Made by a program: the position numbers and the translations under genes. From the NCBI GenBank assembly GCA_963758525.1, contig CAVWVQ010000003.1:1600001-1664000 (forward strand): DNA of 64,000 bases, written 5' to 3'. Positions 52,215 through 62,467 of this stretch are shown in pieces; the first letter of the stretch is position 1; each line of letters opens with the position of its first letter. The notes beneath the pieces are model-generated. The model was given only the letters and a program-made list of their open reading frames with translations, was not told the origin of the DNA and did not search any database. This stretch comes from an uncultured Phycisphaerales bacterium. Its GTDB lineage: Bacteria; Planctomycetota; Phycisphaerae; Tepidisphaerales; Tepidisphaeraceae.

Positions 52215-52808
52215 ATGATTATCGCGACTCACTTGATCATCAGCGCGTACGGGTTCTGGTTACCCAACGATCCTCGCGGGTCGTGGTCCGATTTCGTCCG
52301 ATCGTGGGAACTCTACAAGTTCGGGCCCGCGACGAAGGTCAGGGGCCGACGCTCCTACGCGCATGATCCGCATGATGTCGCGCTTCGGCGGGCCGCGAAG
52401 CTGGCGCTGAAATATCCGCCCGTCCGATTCGACGAAGCGCAGCGGTTCGCGATCGCGGAAGGATTCGCGCGGGCTTGCGCGGATGGAAAGTACACCTGCT
52501 TCGCCTGCTGCATCGGATACGATCACGCACATCTTGTGCTGGGGAGGCACGAACGCGATCCGAAGATTGTCGCCGGGCATCTGAAATCGCATGCGACGCG
52601 GGAATTGACGCAGCGGGGAATTCACCCGCTCGACGGAAATGTCGGGAAACGCGGCGGGTTGCCCACCCCCTGGAGCGAGGGATGCTGGAAGGTGTTCATC
52701 GAGGATCACCCCCAACTCCGTGCGGCGATCGCATACGTGCAGCGCCATCCACACAAAGAGGGATTGGCGCCACAGGCTTGGAGCTTTGTCCGTGCCTTGA
52801 CGATGTGA
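52215..52808 (+). mobile_element. REP-associated tyrosine transposase (RAYT, Y1 HUH)
   Basis: AYGFWLPNDPRGSW, HUH motif DHAHLV, catalytic Tyr in AIAYVQRHP; adjacent REP doublet. Confidence 0.85.
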
Positions 52809-54154
52809 TGACGCGATCCGCAACCAAACAAAAATTCTTCCCAAACCTCCTCATCGACGTTCGCGGCCGGCGGACTACGATCGGGGCCGAGCTGCGCGGG
52901 GCGGTGGCGACGTTTTTGACGATGGCCTACATCCTGCCGGTGAACGCGGGGATTCTGTCGGCGGTGATGGGAAGCCGGCTGGCGCCGGCGCTGGTCGCCA
53001 CGACCGCACTGGCGGCGGGGATCTGCTGCATCCTCATGGGTGTCTTCGCGAATGTTCCGATCGCATTGGCCAGCGGGATGGGGCTCAACGCGCTGGTCGC
53101 ATTCACGCTGGCGAAGGAAGCCGGTTCGTGGCAGACGGCGATGGGCATGGTTGTCGTCGATGGGATCGCCATTCTCGCGCTCGTGCTGCTGGGGCTGCGC
53201 GAGGCGGTGATGCGGGCCATTCCCCATGAACTGCGCTTGGCGGTCGGCGCGGGGATCGGTCTGTTCATTGCCCTGATCGGACTTTCCAACGCGGGGATTG
53301 TGCTGCAGGGCGTGCCGGCCCCGCCGGTCGGACCCCTGCTGGCTCCCGGGGATCTGCATCAAAAAGCGACCTTTGTCGCGGCGCTGGGACTGATTCTCAC
53401 GGCGGCCCTGATGGCGTGGCGGCTCAAGGGGGCGCTGTTGATCGGCATCCTCGCCACGACCGCGATCGCATTCGCGTGCGGGATCGCGCATCTGCCGGAA
53501 CAGGGCTTTTCCCGCCCCACTTTCGCGGGCGTCGCTTTTCATGCCGACGTGGGCGGTGCGCTGCACTGGAAGTTCGCGCCGCTGATCTTCGCGATCATGA
53601 TGGTCGACTTCTTCGACACGATCGGAACCGCCAGCGCCATTGCCGAGGAGGGTGAACTGGCGGACGAGCGCGGCAATATTCCCGGCGTGCGCCGATTGCT
53701 CATCGTCGACTCCCTTGCCGCCAGCATCGGCGGACTGCTCGGCGTCAGCTCCAACACCTGCTACATCGAAAGCGCCACCGGCGTCGCGGAGGGCGCCCGC
53801 ACGGGTTTGCACACCGTCTTCGTCGGCGCGCTGTTCCTGATCGCCATCGTCTTGGCGCCGCTGGTCGCGGTCATACCCGCCGCGGCAACCGCGCCAGCGC
53901 TGATTCTCGTCGGCTTCTTCATGATGCGCCAGATCGCCGAGATCGACTTCGATCAGCTTGACGTCTCCATCCCCGCGTTCATCACCCTGCTGACCATCTT
54001 CGCGACGTTCTCGATCGCACACGGCATCGGATTTGGCGCCATCGCTTTCGTTGCCATCCGCGTGCTGACGTTCAAGCCGCACAAAGTGCATCCGCTCATG
54101 TACGCGGTCACGGCAGCGTTTGTGGCATATTTCATCTTTGCTCCGCGGGGATGA
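52808..54154 (+). CDS. NCS2/AzgA-family nucleobase permease
   Basis: TFLTMAYI, ASGMGLNA, DFFDTIGT, YIESATG…GARTGL. Confidence 0.93.
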   Translation: MTRSATKQKFFPNLLIDVRGRRTTIGAELRGAVATFLTMAYILPVNAGILSAVMGSRLAPALVATTALAAGICCILMGVFANVPIALASGMGLNALVAFTLAKEAGSWQTAMGMVVVDGIAILALVLLGLREAVMRAIPHELRLAVGAGIGLFIALIGLSNAGIVLQGVPAPPVGPLLAPGDLHQKATFVAALGLILTAALMAWRLKGALLIGILATTAIAFACGIAHLPEQGFSRPTFAGVAFHADVGGALHWKFAPLIFAIMMVDFFDTIGTASAIAEEGELADERGNIPGVRRLLIVDSLAASIGGLLGVSSNTCYIESATGVAEGARTGLHTVFVGALFLIAIVLAPLVAVIPAAATAPALILVGFFMMRQIAEIDFDQLDVSIPAFITLLTIFATFSIAHGIGFGAIAFVAIRVLTFKPHKVHPLMYAVTAAFVAYFIFAPRG

Positions 54155-54191
54155 GCTGCCATCGGATGCGCGGCCCCTCGCCCGCGTCCCC

Positions 54192-54776
54192 TTACTTCGC
54201 CGGCTGACCCGTTGCGAGCCGTGCGCAGTGCTCGAAGAGAGTTTGCCATTCGATCTGCTGAAACCGCAGGGCGGCGGCGTACCGCGCGTCGCGTGCGTTG
54301 CCGTGGACGGATTCGACCAGATCTGCCAAAGCGCTGCCCTCCCAGTTGCCGGAGGTCAATCGACGGATCAGGCGATCATCCGCGGCGTCTCCCGCCGCCG
54401 AAGCGGCCAGTGCCGCCAGTGACTTGTTCACTTCATGCGTTCGGCAGCGTGCATACCAATACTTGGCGTTGGAGAAGTCTCCTTCCCGGCGGTGCACGAT
54501 CGCGTGCCAGAACGATCCGGTCGGGGAGGCGATGTCCTGTGCCAGCCGATGAGCTTCATCCAATGCCTCATGCCCGAGCCACAGGCCGGCCAGAACGGCG
54601 CTGGCGTTTTGCGCGTCGCGAACCGCAGTTTGAAACAACTGCGATGGGATCACGCCCGACAGCAGCGAGCGAGCGGCGGGTGACGTCGGCGCTGAAATGA
54701 CAAGCGCGCCGGGCTCGCTCAAGGGCTTGTGTGCCAACGCGATCGCGAGCGGAGAGAGAACATTGGTGAGCGGCAT
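54192..54776 (-). CDS. Conserved hypothetical protein
   Basis: AHRLAQDI…FWHAIVHRREGDFSNAKYW…EWQTLF. Confidence 0.75.
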   Translation of the reverse strand: MPLTNVLSPLAIALAHKPLSEPGALVISAPTSPAARSLLSGVIPSQLFQTAVRDAQNASAVLAGLWLGHEALDEAHRLAQDIASPTGSFWHAIVHRREGDFSNAKYWYARCRTHEVNKSLAALAASAAGDAADDRLIRRLTSGNWEGSALADLVESVHGNARDARYAAALRFQQIEWQTLFEHCARLATGQPAK

Positions 54777-55016
54777 GTCCGCATTCTAAATGACCTTCGG
54801 CCTTCTGGAGAAGCCGAGAATGTCGCGTGTCGCACGGACAAAACGTCAGCCGTCTCGCTCCCCAGCCTGATTGAACAGGCAGTTTCTCCGCAAGCATGAG
54901 GCCGCTGCACGTGCGAGGAGCCGGTTTCTGGAAATTCGCTGATCCCCTCGGGTCCTCGGCACGGGATTTACTCAGTCAATCTTGTGTGGGTGCATCAAAA
55001 CTAAGGAGAACTGATC

Positions 55017-55472
55017 ATGTTTCGTCGAACTATTGTCTTATTGAGCGCGGTGGCTTTGAGTGGTTGCGCTGCTATGAACGGCCCCACTACACAGACCTCC
55101 GAAGCCGATCGCGCCGCGGTCTCGCGGCCGACGTCAGAAGAGTTGGCGGCGTACGCGGGGCACGCGAAGTTCCCGGCAGACGAGACGCCGAAGAACGACC
55201 TGCAGGTCGCATCGATCATCAGCCCCGACAAGAGCACGATCAAAATCTACAACTTCAGCGGCGATTCGCTTCGCGACGTCGACGTATGGGTCAATGGGTC
55301 GTATGTGCAACACGTCTCGGGCATTTCCCCGCAATCCAGCGTGCTGATTCACGTCGATGAGCTGTACAACGGTCTGGGCAAGAGCTTTTCCAGCCAAAGC
55401 GAGCCGGTGAGTCGCGTGCAAATTGCGACCGATCACGGGCTCTACACGACGTGGGGTCCGGCGTCCGACTAA
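55017..55472 (+). CDS. Lipoprotein, paralogue 1
   Basis: RBS AAGGAG; LSGC lipobox. Confidence 0.78.
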   Translation: MFRRTIVLLSAVALSGCAAMNGPTTQTSEADRAAVSRPTSEELAAYAGHAKFPADETPKNDLQVASIISPDKSTIKIYNFSGDSLRDVDVWVNGSYVQHVSGISPQSSVLIHVDELYNGLGKSFSSQSEPVSRVQIATDHGLYTTWGPASD

Positions 55473-55508
55473 AAGCAATCCTTGGATCAATATCGCGCCA
55501 GTCCGTAC

Positions 55509-55570
55509 GCAGCCCCGGATGTACATCCGGGGCTTCTTACATCCGGGGCCTCTTGCGTCGGGCTTACGCA
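55509..55570. repeat. REP-like palindrome with a partial duplication
   Basis: agccccggatgtacatccggggct followed by tacatccggggc. Confidence 0.65.
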
Positions 55571-55672
55571 ATTCTCTCAACTTCCTCCGCGGGACCGTCC
55601 GATAACTCGAATGGACGGCCTTTCGCGCTCGAACGGGCCGGCGTCGATTCCGATTTCTCCGGAGGCAGAATC

Positions 55673-56131
55673 ATGAAGTTGCACGTTTGTATTGCACTGC
55701 TGGGCGTGGGCCTGACGCTGGGCTGCTCGGGCCGCCCGTCGGTCATTCCCAACTCCGACCCCGAGTTGCGGAAGACGATGGCCGAGCTGTCGGCGGACGC
55801 AGCCAAGCGCCATCCCTACAAGGGCGACGTGCCGCGCGGCGGCGAGGCGCTGGCCCGGGCCAGTGTCGACTACACGTTCAAGACTATCCAGATCCTCAAC
55901 TATTCCGACATCGACTGGGAAGATGTCGAAATCTGGGTGAATCAGAACTACGTGCTGTACGTTCCGAAAATTCCCCACGGCAAGGAGGGAGCGAAGACGC
56001 TGGATTTCCAAATGTTTTTTGACGACAAGGGGGAGTATTTCTGGACTCAGAGCGGCAAAGTCAAAATCGACCAGCTTGAAATGCTTCGCGATGGGAAACT
56101 GTACACGATCAAAATGGCGCCTGCCGACTGA
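55673..56131 (+). CDS. Lipoprotein, paralogue 2
   Basis: RBS GGAGG; TLGC lipobox; shares a motif with 55017-55472. Confidence 0.78.
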   Translation: MKLHVCIALLGVGLTLGCSGRPSVIPNSDPELRKTMAELSADAAKRHPYKGDVPRGGEALARASVDYTFKTIQILNYSDIDWEDVEIWVNQNYVLYVPKIPHGKEGAKTLDFQMFFDDKGEYFWTQSGKVKIDQLEMLRDGKLYTIKMAPAD

Positions 56132-56157
56132 TCGCGGTTTCAAAAGGTCATCAGATG

Positions 56158-56197
56158 AGCCGCGGAAGCGCCTTGGAGGGTGCGCCGCGGCTTTTCT
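56158..56197 (+). terminator. Probable intrinsic terminator between convergent genes
   Basis: agccgcgg…ccgcggct followed by ttt. Confidence 0.5.
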
Positions 56198-56203
56198 GTT
56201 TGC

Positions 56204-56491
56204 TCAATCCTCGTATTGATCGGCGTCGTCGTCGCCGGATGCTTCACCCGCGGTCGGCTGCTCCGCAAAGTAGGTGAAGACGCTGCGCACGTAACGCACG
56301 CACTGGACCTTGTGCAACTCGTGGACGCGGGCAGCCTCGACAGACCCTTCGACGACGCTGTTGTCGTTGTCGACCGATTGAACGGACAACCCGGCCGTCT
56401 TCAGCGTTTGCACGACCTGCTGGGTCTGCTCGTCGGTCAGATCGTCGAGCACCACGATCACGTCCGTCATTTCGATTTCAGGTGATTTCAT
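56204..56491 (-). CDS. Small acidic hypothetical protein
   Basis: RBS GGAG; DVIVVLD…LKTAGLSV…VVEGSV…VRYVR. Confidence 0.7.
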   Translation of the reverse strand: MKSPEIEMTDVIVVLDDLTDEQTQQVVQTLKTAGLSVQSVDNDNSVVEGSVEAARVHELHKVQCVRYVRSVFTYFAEQPTAGEASGDDDADQYED

Positions 56492-56752
56492 GTTCTTCTC
56501 CGGCCGGCAATTTACCGGGGAAAGCATCAATTTCGCAAACAATCCGGCGTTTCCCGTGGCTTGCGCGTTGCTGAAAATCGTGGGGTGAGGGGGAAAAGCA
56601 AAGGCCCGGAAAGTGTCACGCACCCAAAATCGTGTGAGGAGGGTGTGGAAGCGGTTGACAACCCAGCGTCGGCAAACGTACCTTGCGCCTGCTTTGCGGC
56701 GATCGGCATCCGTCCCTCGATTTTTGGATTTTGTTAGCATCGGCGGCCAGCT

Positions 56753-58078
56753 ATGCGCGTCTTCATGCTCGGCTGGGAGTTCCCTCCCTTTATCAGCGGC
56801 GGTCTGGGGACTGCCTGCTATGGCCTCACCAAGGCCATGAGCGCGCTGGGAACCGACGTGATGTTCGTCCTGCCTCGGCCGGTCTCCACCCCCTTTTCAA
56901 CCCATGTGCGGCTGGTGAGCCCGCAGCGCGGCTCGGCGCTGGCATCACCGGACACGGAGATGCGGCTCGATGAGTTTGAACGCGTCACCTTTCGGACCGT
57001 CAATGCGGATATCACGGATCCTTATCAATCAGCCGCCAGCCGCGCTCAGCAACGGTCGCGGACGAGCAACTTCGGTGCGACCAACCCGGCGGAAGCCGGC
57101 GCGGGCAAATCGGGCTTCCTTGGGCCGAATAAGCCGGCGGGGTATGCCGGTGATCTGTTTGCCGAGGTGCAGCGTTATGCGACCCTGGCGGCGGAGATCG
57201 CCCGCCAGGAATCCTTCGACGTGATTCACGCGCACGATTGGATGACTTTTCCCGCGGGTCTTGCGGTTTCGGGCATCAAGGGCGTGCCGTTGGTCGTGCA
57301 TGTCCACTCCACGGAATTTGACCGCAGCGGCGCGCACGTCGATCAGCGCATTTACGATATCGAACGCCGCGGCATGCACGGCGCGATCAAAGTCATTGCC
57401 GTCAGCTATCTGACGAAAAATCAGATCACCCATCAATTCGGAATCGATCCGGGCAAGGTCGAAGTGGTCTACAACGCGATCGAAGCCAACGGGGAAGGAT
57501 TCGATCAGGAGAAGTTCAGCATCACCAAGGATGAGAAGATCGTTCTGTTCCTCGGCCGCATCACCATGCAGAAAGGCCCCGAATATTTTCTCGCCGCGGC
57601 AAAAAAGGTGCTTGAGGTGATGGACAACGTCAAGTTCGTCATGGCCGGCAGCGGCGACATGATCCGCCGCACCATCGAGATGGCCGCCGAGCTGGGGATC
57701 GGCCACAAGGTTCTCTTCACCGGCTTCCTTCGTGGGGGCGATGTCGAAAAAGTCTTCAGGATGGCGGATCTGTACGTGATGCCGTCGGTCAGCGAGCCGT
57801 TTGGCATCGCTCCGCTGGAGGCAATGAGCCACGACGTTCCCGTCATCATCTCAAAGCAGTCGGGCGTCAGCGAGGTGCTCACCCACGCGCTGAAGGTCGA
57901 TTTCTGGGACGTCACCGAAATGGCGAATAAGATCATCGCCGTCCTCAAGCACCCGCCCCTGGCCGCCACGCTCCGCCAGCACGGGAGCTTCGAAGTGCGG
58001 CGGCTGAGCTGGAACGACGCCGCCCGGGCGTGCGTGCAGGTGTATGAGCAGGCGCTGACGCTGACGGGCAGGCGCTGA
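56753..58078 (+). CDS. GT4-family glycosyltransferase
   Basis: GWEFPP..SGGLG, HAHDW, LGRITMQKG, EPFGIAPLEAM. Confidence 0.93.
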   Translation: MRVFMLGWEFPPFISGGLGTACYGLTKAMSALGTDVMFVLPRPVSTPFSTHVRLVSPQRGSALASPDTEMRLDEFERVTFRTVNADITDPYQSAASRAQQRSRTSNFGATNPAEAGAGKSGFLGPNKPAGYAGDLFAEVQRYATLAAEIARQESFDVIHAHDWMTFPAGLAVSGIKGVPLVVHVHSTEFDRSGAHVDQRIYDIERRGMHGAIKVIAVSYLTKNQITHQFGIDPGKVEVVYNAIEANGEGFDQEKFSITKDEKIVLFLGRITMQKGPEYFLAAAKKVLEVMDNVKFVMAGSGDMIRRTIEMAAELGIGHKVLFTGFLRGGDVEKVFRMADLYVMPSVSEPFGIAPLEAMSHDVPVIISKQSGVSEVLTHALKVDFWDVTEMANKIIAVLKHPPLAATLRQHGSFEVRRLSWNDAARACVQVYEQALTLTGRR

Positions 58079-58103
58079 CGCTGACGGGCAGGCGCTGACG
58101 CTG
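58048..58103. repeat. 20-bp tandem repeat (2.8 copies) across the GT4 stop codon
   Basis: (gcaggcgctgacgctgacgg)n. Confidence 0.9.
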
Positions 58104-58116
58104 CTGTTTACAGCGG

Positions 58117-58287
58117 GAATTCGATGACGAAGTCCCAATCCTCGAATCAAAGAATCAAATCCGAATGTCGAAGTCCGAAGCTCGAAGCAAAATGCGGGAT
58201 GTCCCCACACCCTCTCTCCCGTTTCGAATTTCTTCATTCGAGTTTCGAGCTTGATTCGAGGATTCGAGCTTCGACATTCGAACTTCC
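58117..58287. repeat. Inverted CGAA-heptamer arrays
   Basis: …cctcgaatcaaa…tccgaatgtcgaagtccgaagctcgaa / ttcgagcttgattcgaggattcgagcttcgacattcgaac. Confidence 0.85.
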
Positions 58288-58324
58288 CGCGATTACCCGG
58301 ACATGGCTACCCGCCCCATCGGCG

Positions 58325-58836
58325 TCACCGCGCCGATCGTAACGCCAGAATTAGCTCAATCTCCCCATCCTGCCGGCCGAGCTGCGCGGCGATCTCGCGC
58401 GGCGATCGTCCCTCGTCGGCAAGCGAGTAGATTTCCGAGTGCGCCGCCTCGACCGGCACCTCGGGCGCTTTGGATCGCGGCGCGATCGGAGCCGCCATCG
58501 CGTACGGCGACACTCTGGTCCCCTGCGTCATTTCACGTAGCTGGGCGATTTTTTCGTCCGCTTCCTTGATCAGCAGTTCCAGCTTCGCGGACCGCGTGTC
58601 GATCTGCGCGGTGATTTGCCGGGCCATGGCGGAGAGCTCCACCAGCAAATTTGACATGTCGCGCTCAACCGCCCGTTGCCCCGCAAGGCTGCCGGGCGCG
58701 CGCGCTTCGCCAGCGGATCTTTCCTCCGCGTCATCGGCCGAAAGATGGCATAAGCCATCGTGAGCGCCGCCGCGCCGATGATCAGCCATCGGGTGGTGGG
58801 ATCGATCGTCTGAATTTGCAGCAACAATGCCGTCAT
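58325..58836 (-). CDS. Membrane-anchored coiled-coil protein with a C-terminal HTH-like segment; frameshift near 58695
   Basis: TM start in ORF 58570-58836; IYSLADEGRSPREIAAQL…GEIELILALR in the other frame. Confidence 0.7.
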
Positions 58837-58940
58837 GAAGTATGCCGCGTTGCATCCTGCCGCACAGGTGCGGGGGATTCAAGCAGGGATGACAGGGGCG
58901 AGCGAAGAAAATGCCGTGACTGCGACTGTAAGAACCCGAC

Positions 58941-58979
58941 GAATTTGATTCAGGGATTCTGGTTTCGTCATTCGGGCTT
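58941..58979. repeat. CGAATGA-family half element in reverse orientation
   Basis: Reverse complement resembles 37621-37660. Confidence 0.7.
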
Positions 58980-59050
58980 ACTCCAATGACTCCCCTTGTG
59001 CGGCACGGATCGGTAGAATCCCTCTCCGCTCCGCAGAAAGGACCCAAACA

Positions 59051-60622
59051 GTGTCTTCCAAGCGTCCAATGGTGCTGATCGTTCGTGACGGATGGGGAAA
59101 GAACCCGTACCCGCAGTGGAATCAGGCGAACGCGGTCTATCTCGCCAGGCATCCGGTGGCAGACCGTCTGCTGGCGGAATTTCCCAGCACGTTGATTCAC
59201 ACCAGCGGATTCGACGTCGGGCTTCCTGAAGGAACGATGGGCAACAGCGAGGTTGGACATCAGAACATCGGAGCCGGGCGGATCGTCGACCAGGAATCGG
59301 TCAATATCACCAAGCAGATTCGCAACGGCCAATTTTACGACAACGTCGAGCTCAATGCCGCGGTCTCGCACGCGTTGCAGAAACAATCGACGCTTCATCT
59401 GTTCGGCATCGTTTCCGACGCGGGCGTTCACGGACTGCTGGAGCACCTGTACGGCTGTCTCGAGCTCTGTCGGCGACGGGGATTGTCGCGCGTGTTTCTC
59501 CACGCTTTTACTGATGGCCGCGATACTTCACCCAACTCGGGCCGGGGATATGTGCGCGAGGTCGAAGCGAAGATGAACACGCTGGGCGTGGGAAAAGTCG
59601 CCACCGTCACCGGGCGCTACTATGCGATGGATCGCGACAACCGCTGGCCGCGCGTCGAAAAAGCGTATCGCGCCATCGCGCAGGGGCTGGGGGCGAAGTT
59701 TCGCTCGGCTGATGACGCGATCACTCACTACTACGCGAACCCGCTCGAGCCGAACATGAGCGGGGACGAGTTTGTGGCTCCGTCGATTATCGGTGATGAC
59801 GGGGTGACGCCGCGCGCGGTCGTCGCGGCAGACGACGCGGTGCTTTTTTACAACTACCGCGGCGACCGGCCGCGCGAGCTGACCAAAGCTTTTGTGCTCG
59901 ACGATTTTACCGGCTTCGATCGCGGGCCGAAGCTTCCCCTGCATTACTGCACGATGACCGCATACGAGCAAGGCCTGCCGGTCCACGTGGCCTATCCCAA
60001 GCCGCCCAAAATGGTGAACATTCTCGGCCAGCTCATTTCCGACATGGGATTGCGGCAATTCCGCTGCGCTGAGACGGAGAAATTTCCGCACGTCACGTTC
60101 TTCTTCAATGACTATCGCGAAGCGCCGTTCCCCGGAGAAGATCGCCACATGATTCCGTCGGTGCAGGTCAGCACCTACGACCAGATGCCGGAGATGAGCG
60201 CCTATGGAATCTGCGACGAGGTGGTCCGGCGGGTGGATTCGGCCGTCTACGATCTGATCGTCGTCAACTTCGCGAATTGCGACATGGTGGGCCATACCGG
60301 CGTGCTGCCGGCGGCGGTGCGCGCGGTCGAACACGTGGACATCTGCGTCGGGCGCGTGCTGGAGGCCGTCTCCAGGCAAAATGGCTCGGCGATCGTCACC
60401 GCGGATCACGGCAACTGCGAGCAGATGATCGATCCCGCGACCGGCGGCCCCCACACCGCCCACACGACGTATGACGTGGAGTGCATCCTTGTCGATCCGC
60501 GACTGCCGGGCAAGAAGCTCGGCGAGGGCCGTCGGCTTGCCGACCTCGCGCCGACGGCGCTGGAAATCATGGGCCGTCCGATTCCCGCCGAAATGAACGG
60601 GCGGTCGCTGCTGCAAACGTAG
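59051..60622 (+). CDS. gpmI: 2,3-BPG-independent phosphoglycerate mutase
   Basis: DGWG, MGNSEVGH, FTDGRD, GRYYAMDRD, AETEK, DMVGHTG, TADHGN. Confidence 0.97.
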   Translation: MSSKRPMVLIVRDGWGKNPYPQWNQANAVYLARHPVADRLLAEFPSTLIHTSGFDVGLPEGTMGNSEVGHQNIGAGRIVDQESVNITKQIRNGQFYDNVELNAAVSHALQKQSTLHLFGIVSDAGVHGLLEHLYGCLELCRRRGLSRVFLHAFTDGRDTSPNSGRGYVREVEAKMNTLGVGKVATVTGRYYAMDRDNRWPRVEKAYRAIAQGLGAKFRSADDAITHYYANPLEPNMSGDEFVAPSIIGDDGVTPRAVVAADDAVLFYNYRGDRPRELTKAFVLDDFTGFDRGPKLPLHYCTMTAYEQGLPVHVAYPKPPKMVNILGQLISDMGLRQFRCAETEKFPHVTFFFNDYREAPFPGEDRHMIPSVQVSTYDQMPEMSAYGICDEVVRRVDSAVYDLIVVNFANCDMVGHTGVLPAAVRAVEHVDICVGRVLEAVSRQNGSAIVTADHGNCEQMIDPATGGPHTAHTTYDVECILVDPRLPGKKLGEGRRLADLAPTALEIMGRPIPAEMNGRSLLQT

Positions 60623-60704
60623 GGAAACGGTAAGCGTCTGCGCATCGTGTCTTCGACGGGTGTGATCTATAACGGCTTTGACTGCGCCGGCACCAACTCA
60701 TACC

Positions 60705-61076
60705 ATGAAACAGCGATCCGGTCTGGAGTTCTTTATGGACCGTTCAAAGGAAGCTGTCGCGCTGCGTCTGGCCGAGGCGCATTACGCCGTCGAGCCGGGG
60801 ATCGAGCTCATCATTCAACTTCTAGCTTCCCCTGAGCGCGAGGCCGATCCCAAGGAGCCGATCAAGCTGCTGGAAGTGAACCCGGACACGACGGCCAGCG
60901 GCATTCATCCGCTGTTCTTCGGCCCCCATGCCGCCAGCGGCATCTTTCATCCCTCGGTCATCGTCGAGATCACACCCGACGAATACGAACAAATTCAACG
61001 CGATCCCTCCTTGTTGCCCAACGGGTGGCGGCTGGGCCAAAATTTCGCCAGACCGGTACCGGCGGCGCAGGGATGA
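60705..61076 (+). CDS. Hypothetical protein, first gene of a two-gene cassette
   Basis: EPIKLLEVN…VEITPDE…LPNGW; ATGA overlap with the next ORF. Confidence 0.7.
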   Translation: MKQRSGLEFFMDRSKEAVALRLAEAHYAVEPGIELIIQLLASPEREADPKEPIKLLEVNPDTTASGIHPLFFGPHAASGIFHPSVIVEITPDEYEQIQRDPSLLPNGWRLGQNFARPVPAAQG

Positions 61077-61174
61077 TCCCCTACGACGAATGGCGCATCG
61101 CCTACGCGAAGCAGGCGGCGGCTGATTTATGCGCCAGGGAGAAACTGCTTTTTCGGCGATCAGCTCCGAGCTAA
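61073..61174 (+). pseudogene. Truncated partner gene with a HEPN-like first helix
   Basis: MIPYDEWRIAYAKQAAADL… stops after 33 aa. Confidence 0.5.
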
Positions 61175-61191
61175 TTGAACGAGATGTCGTG

Positions 61192-61229
61192 CGATTCCCG
61201 CCGAAATAAACGGGCCGTCGCTGCTGCAA
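61192..61229 (+). repeat. Direct repeat of the gpmI 3' end (60579-60616)
   Basis: 38 nt with 2 mismatches. Confidence 0.9.
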
Positions 61230-61270
61230 TGAACCTTCTCCGCGGCCTGCCGCGGGGTTATCGTGACGCA

Positions 61271-62467
61271 ATGAAACCGCGCTTCATGCTGGCTGCATGT
61301 CTCCTCCTTTTATCTCCGATCATGGCTCTGGCCGATCACGCTGCTTCGCAACCTGCGGTTTCGCCCTCGCCGGAGGTTGCGGCGCTGCCGGTGATCGCGG
61401 AACTGCCCGATCCATTCTTATTCCAGGATGGATCGCGGGTGAAAACGCCGGAGGAATGGCCGCGACGGTGCGCCGAAATTCTGGAGCTGTTTCTCAAATA
61501 TGAGTACGGGCATCCGCCGATGAGCTTCACTGCAGTGACCGCCACGCAGGACTCCGAGACCGACAATACAGAGATGCATTGCACGGTGGCGAAGCTCAAG
61601 CTGCATGTTGCCGGCGACAGCGGGTTGACGGTGCCGTTGGTGCTGACGATTCCCCAAGGCAGCGGCCCGTTTCCGGTGATCGTCACCGGGGATCTGGGAT
61701 GGGGGGCGGTGAAGCCGGAGATCGTGACGAAGGCGATCGGTCGCGGCTACGCGCTGTGTGAATTTGATCGGACCAACTTCGCGCCGGATTCGTCCGATCG
61801 CAAGCACGGAATTTATCCGCTCGATCCCAGCGCCGACTGCGGCGCGAGCGCCGCATGGGCGTGGGGGTACAGCCGGGTGATCGACTATCTGATCACGCGT
61901 CCCGACATCGACGCGAAGAAAATCATTGCCAGCGGTCACTCGCGCGGCGGGAAAGCCGTTCTGCTGGCGGGGGCCATGGACGAGCGCATGGCGCTGACCA
62001 ATCCCAATGCCTCGGGCGCCGGCGGCGGCGGATGCTTCCGTGTGCAGGGCCAAAAGAGTGAGGATCTCAAGGCGATCGTCACGCGATTCCCATTCTGGTT
62101 CGGCCCGCACTTCTCCGATTTCATCGGTTACGTCGATCGGCTTCCCTTCGATCAGCACGAGCTCAAGGCGATGGTCGCGCCGCGGGCGCTGCTCACCACC
62201 GAATCGCTCGACGACAAGTGGGCGAATCCGTCGGGAACCCAGGCGACTTATGTGGCGTCGAAGGTCGTCTTCGATTTCCTCGGCGCCGCCAGCAAGACGG
62301 GAATCCACTACCGCCACGGTCCCCACGCGCACACCGAAGAAGATTGGACCGCCCTGCTCGATTTCGCGGACGCGCGACTGATGGGAAAGAGCAACGAGGC
62401 GAAGTTTGATGTCCTGCCGTTTCCGGATCAGCCCCCGGCATTTAGCTGGACGGCGCCGGAGAAGTAG
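61271..62467 (+). CDS. Secreted CE15-like (glucuronoyl) esterase
   Basis: Signal peptide, LPDPF, AWAWGYSRVIDYL, GHSRGGK, LPFDQH. Confidence 0.88.
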   Translation: MKPRFMLAACLLLLSPIMALADHAASQPAVSPSPEVAALPVIAELPDPFLFQDGSRVKTPEEWPRRCAEILELFLKYEYGHPPMSFTAVTATQDSETDNTEMHCTVAKLKLHVAGDSGLTVPLVLTIPQGSGPFPVIVTGDLGWGAVKPEIVTKAIGRGYALCEFDRTNFAPDSSDRKHGIYPLDPSADCGASAAWAWGYSRVIDYLITRPDIDAKKIIASGHSRGGKAVLLAGAMDERMALTNPNASGAGGGGCFRVQGQKSEDLKAIVTRFPFWFGPHFSDFIGYVDRLPFDQHELKAMVAPRALLTTESLDDKWANPSGTQATYVASKVVFDFLGAASKTGIHYRHGPHAHTEEDWTALLDFADARLMGKSNEAKFDVLPFPDQPPAFSWTAPEK

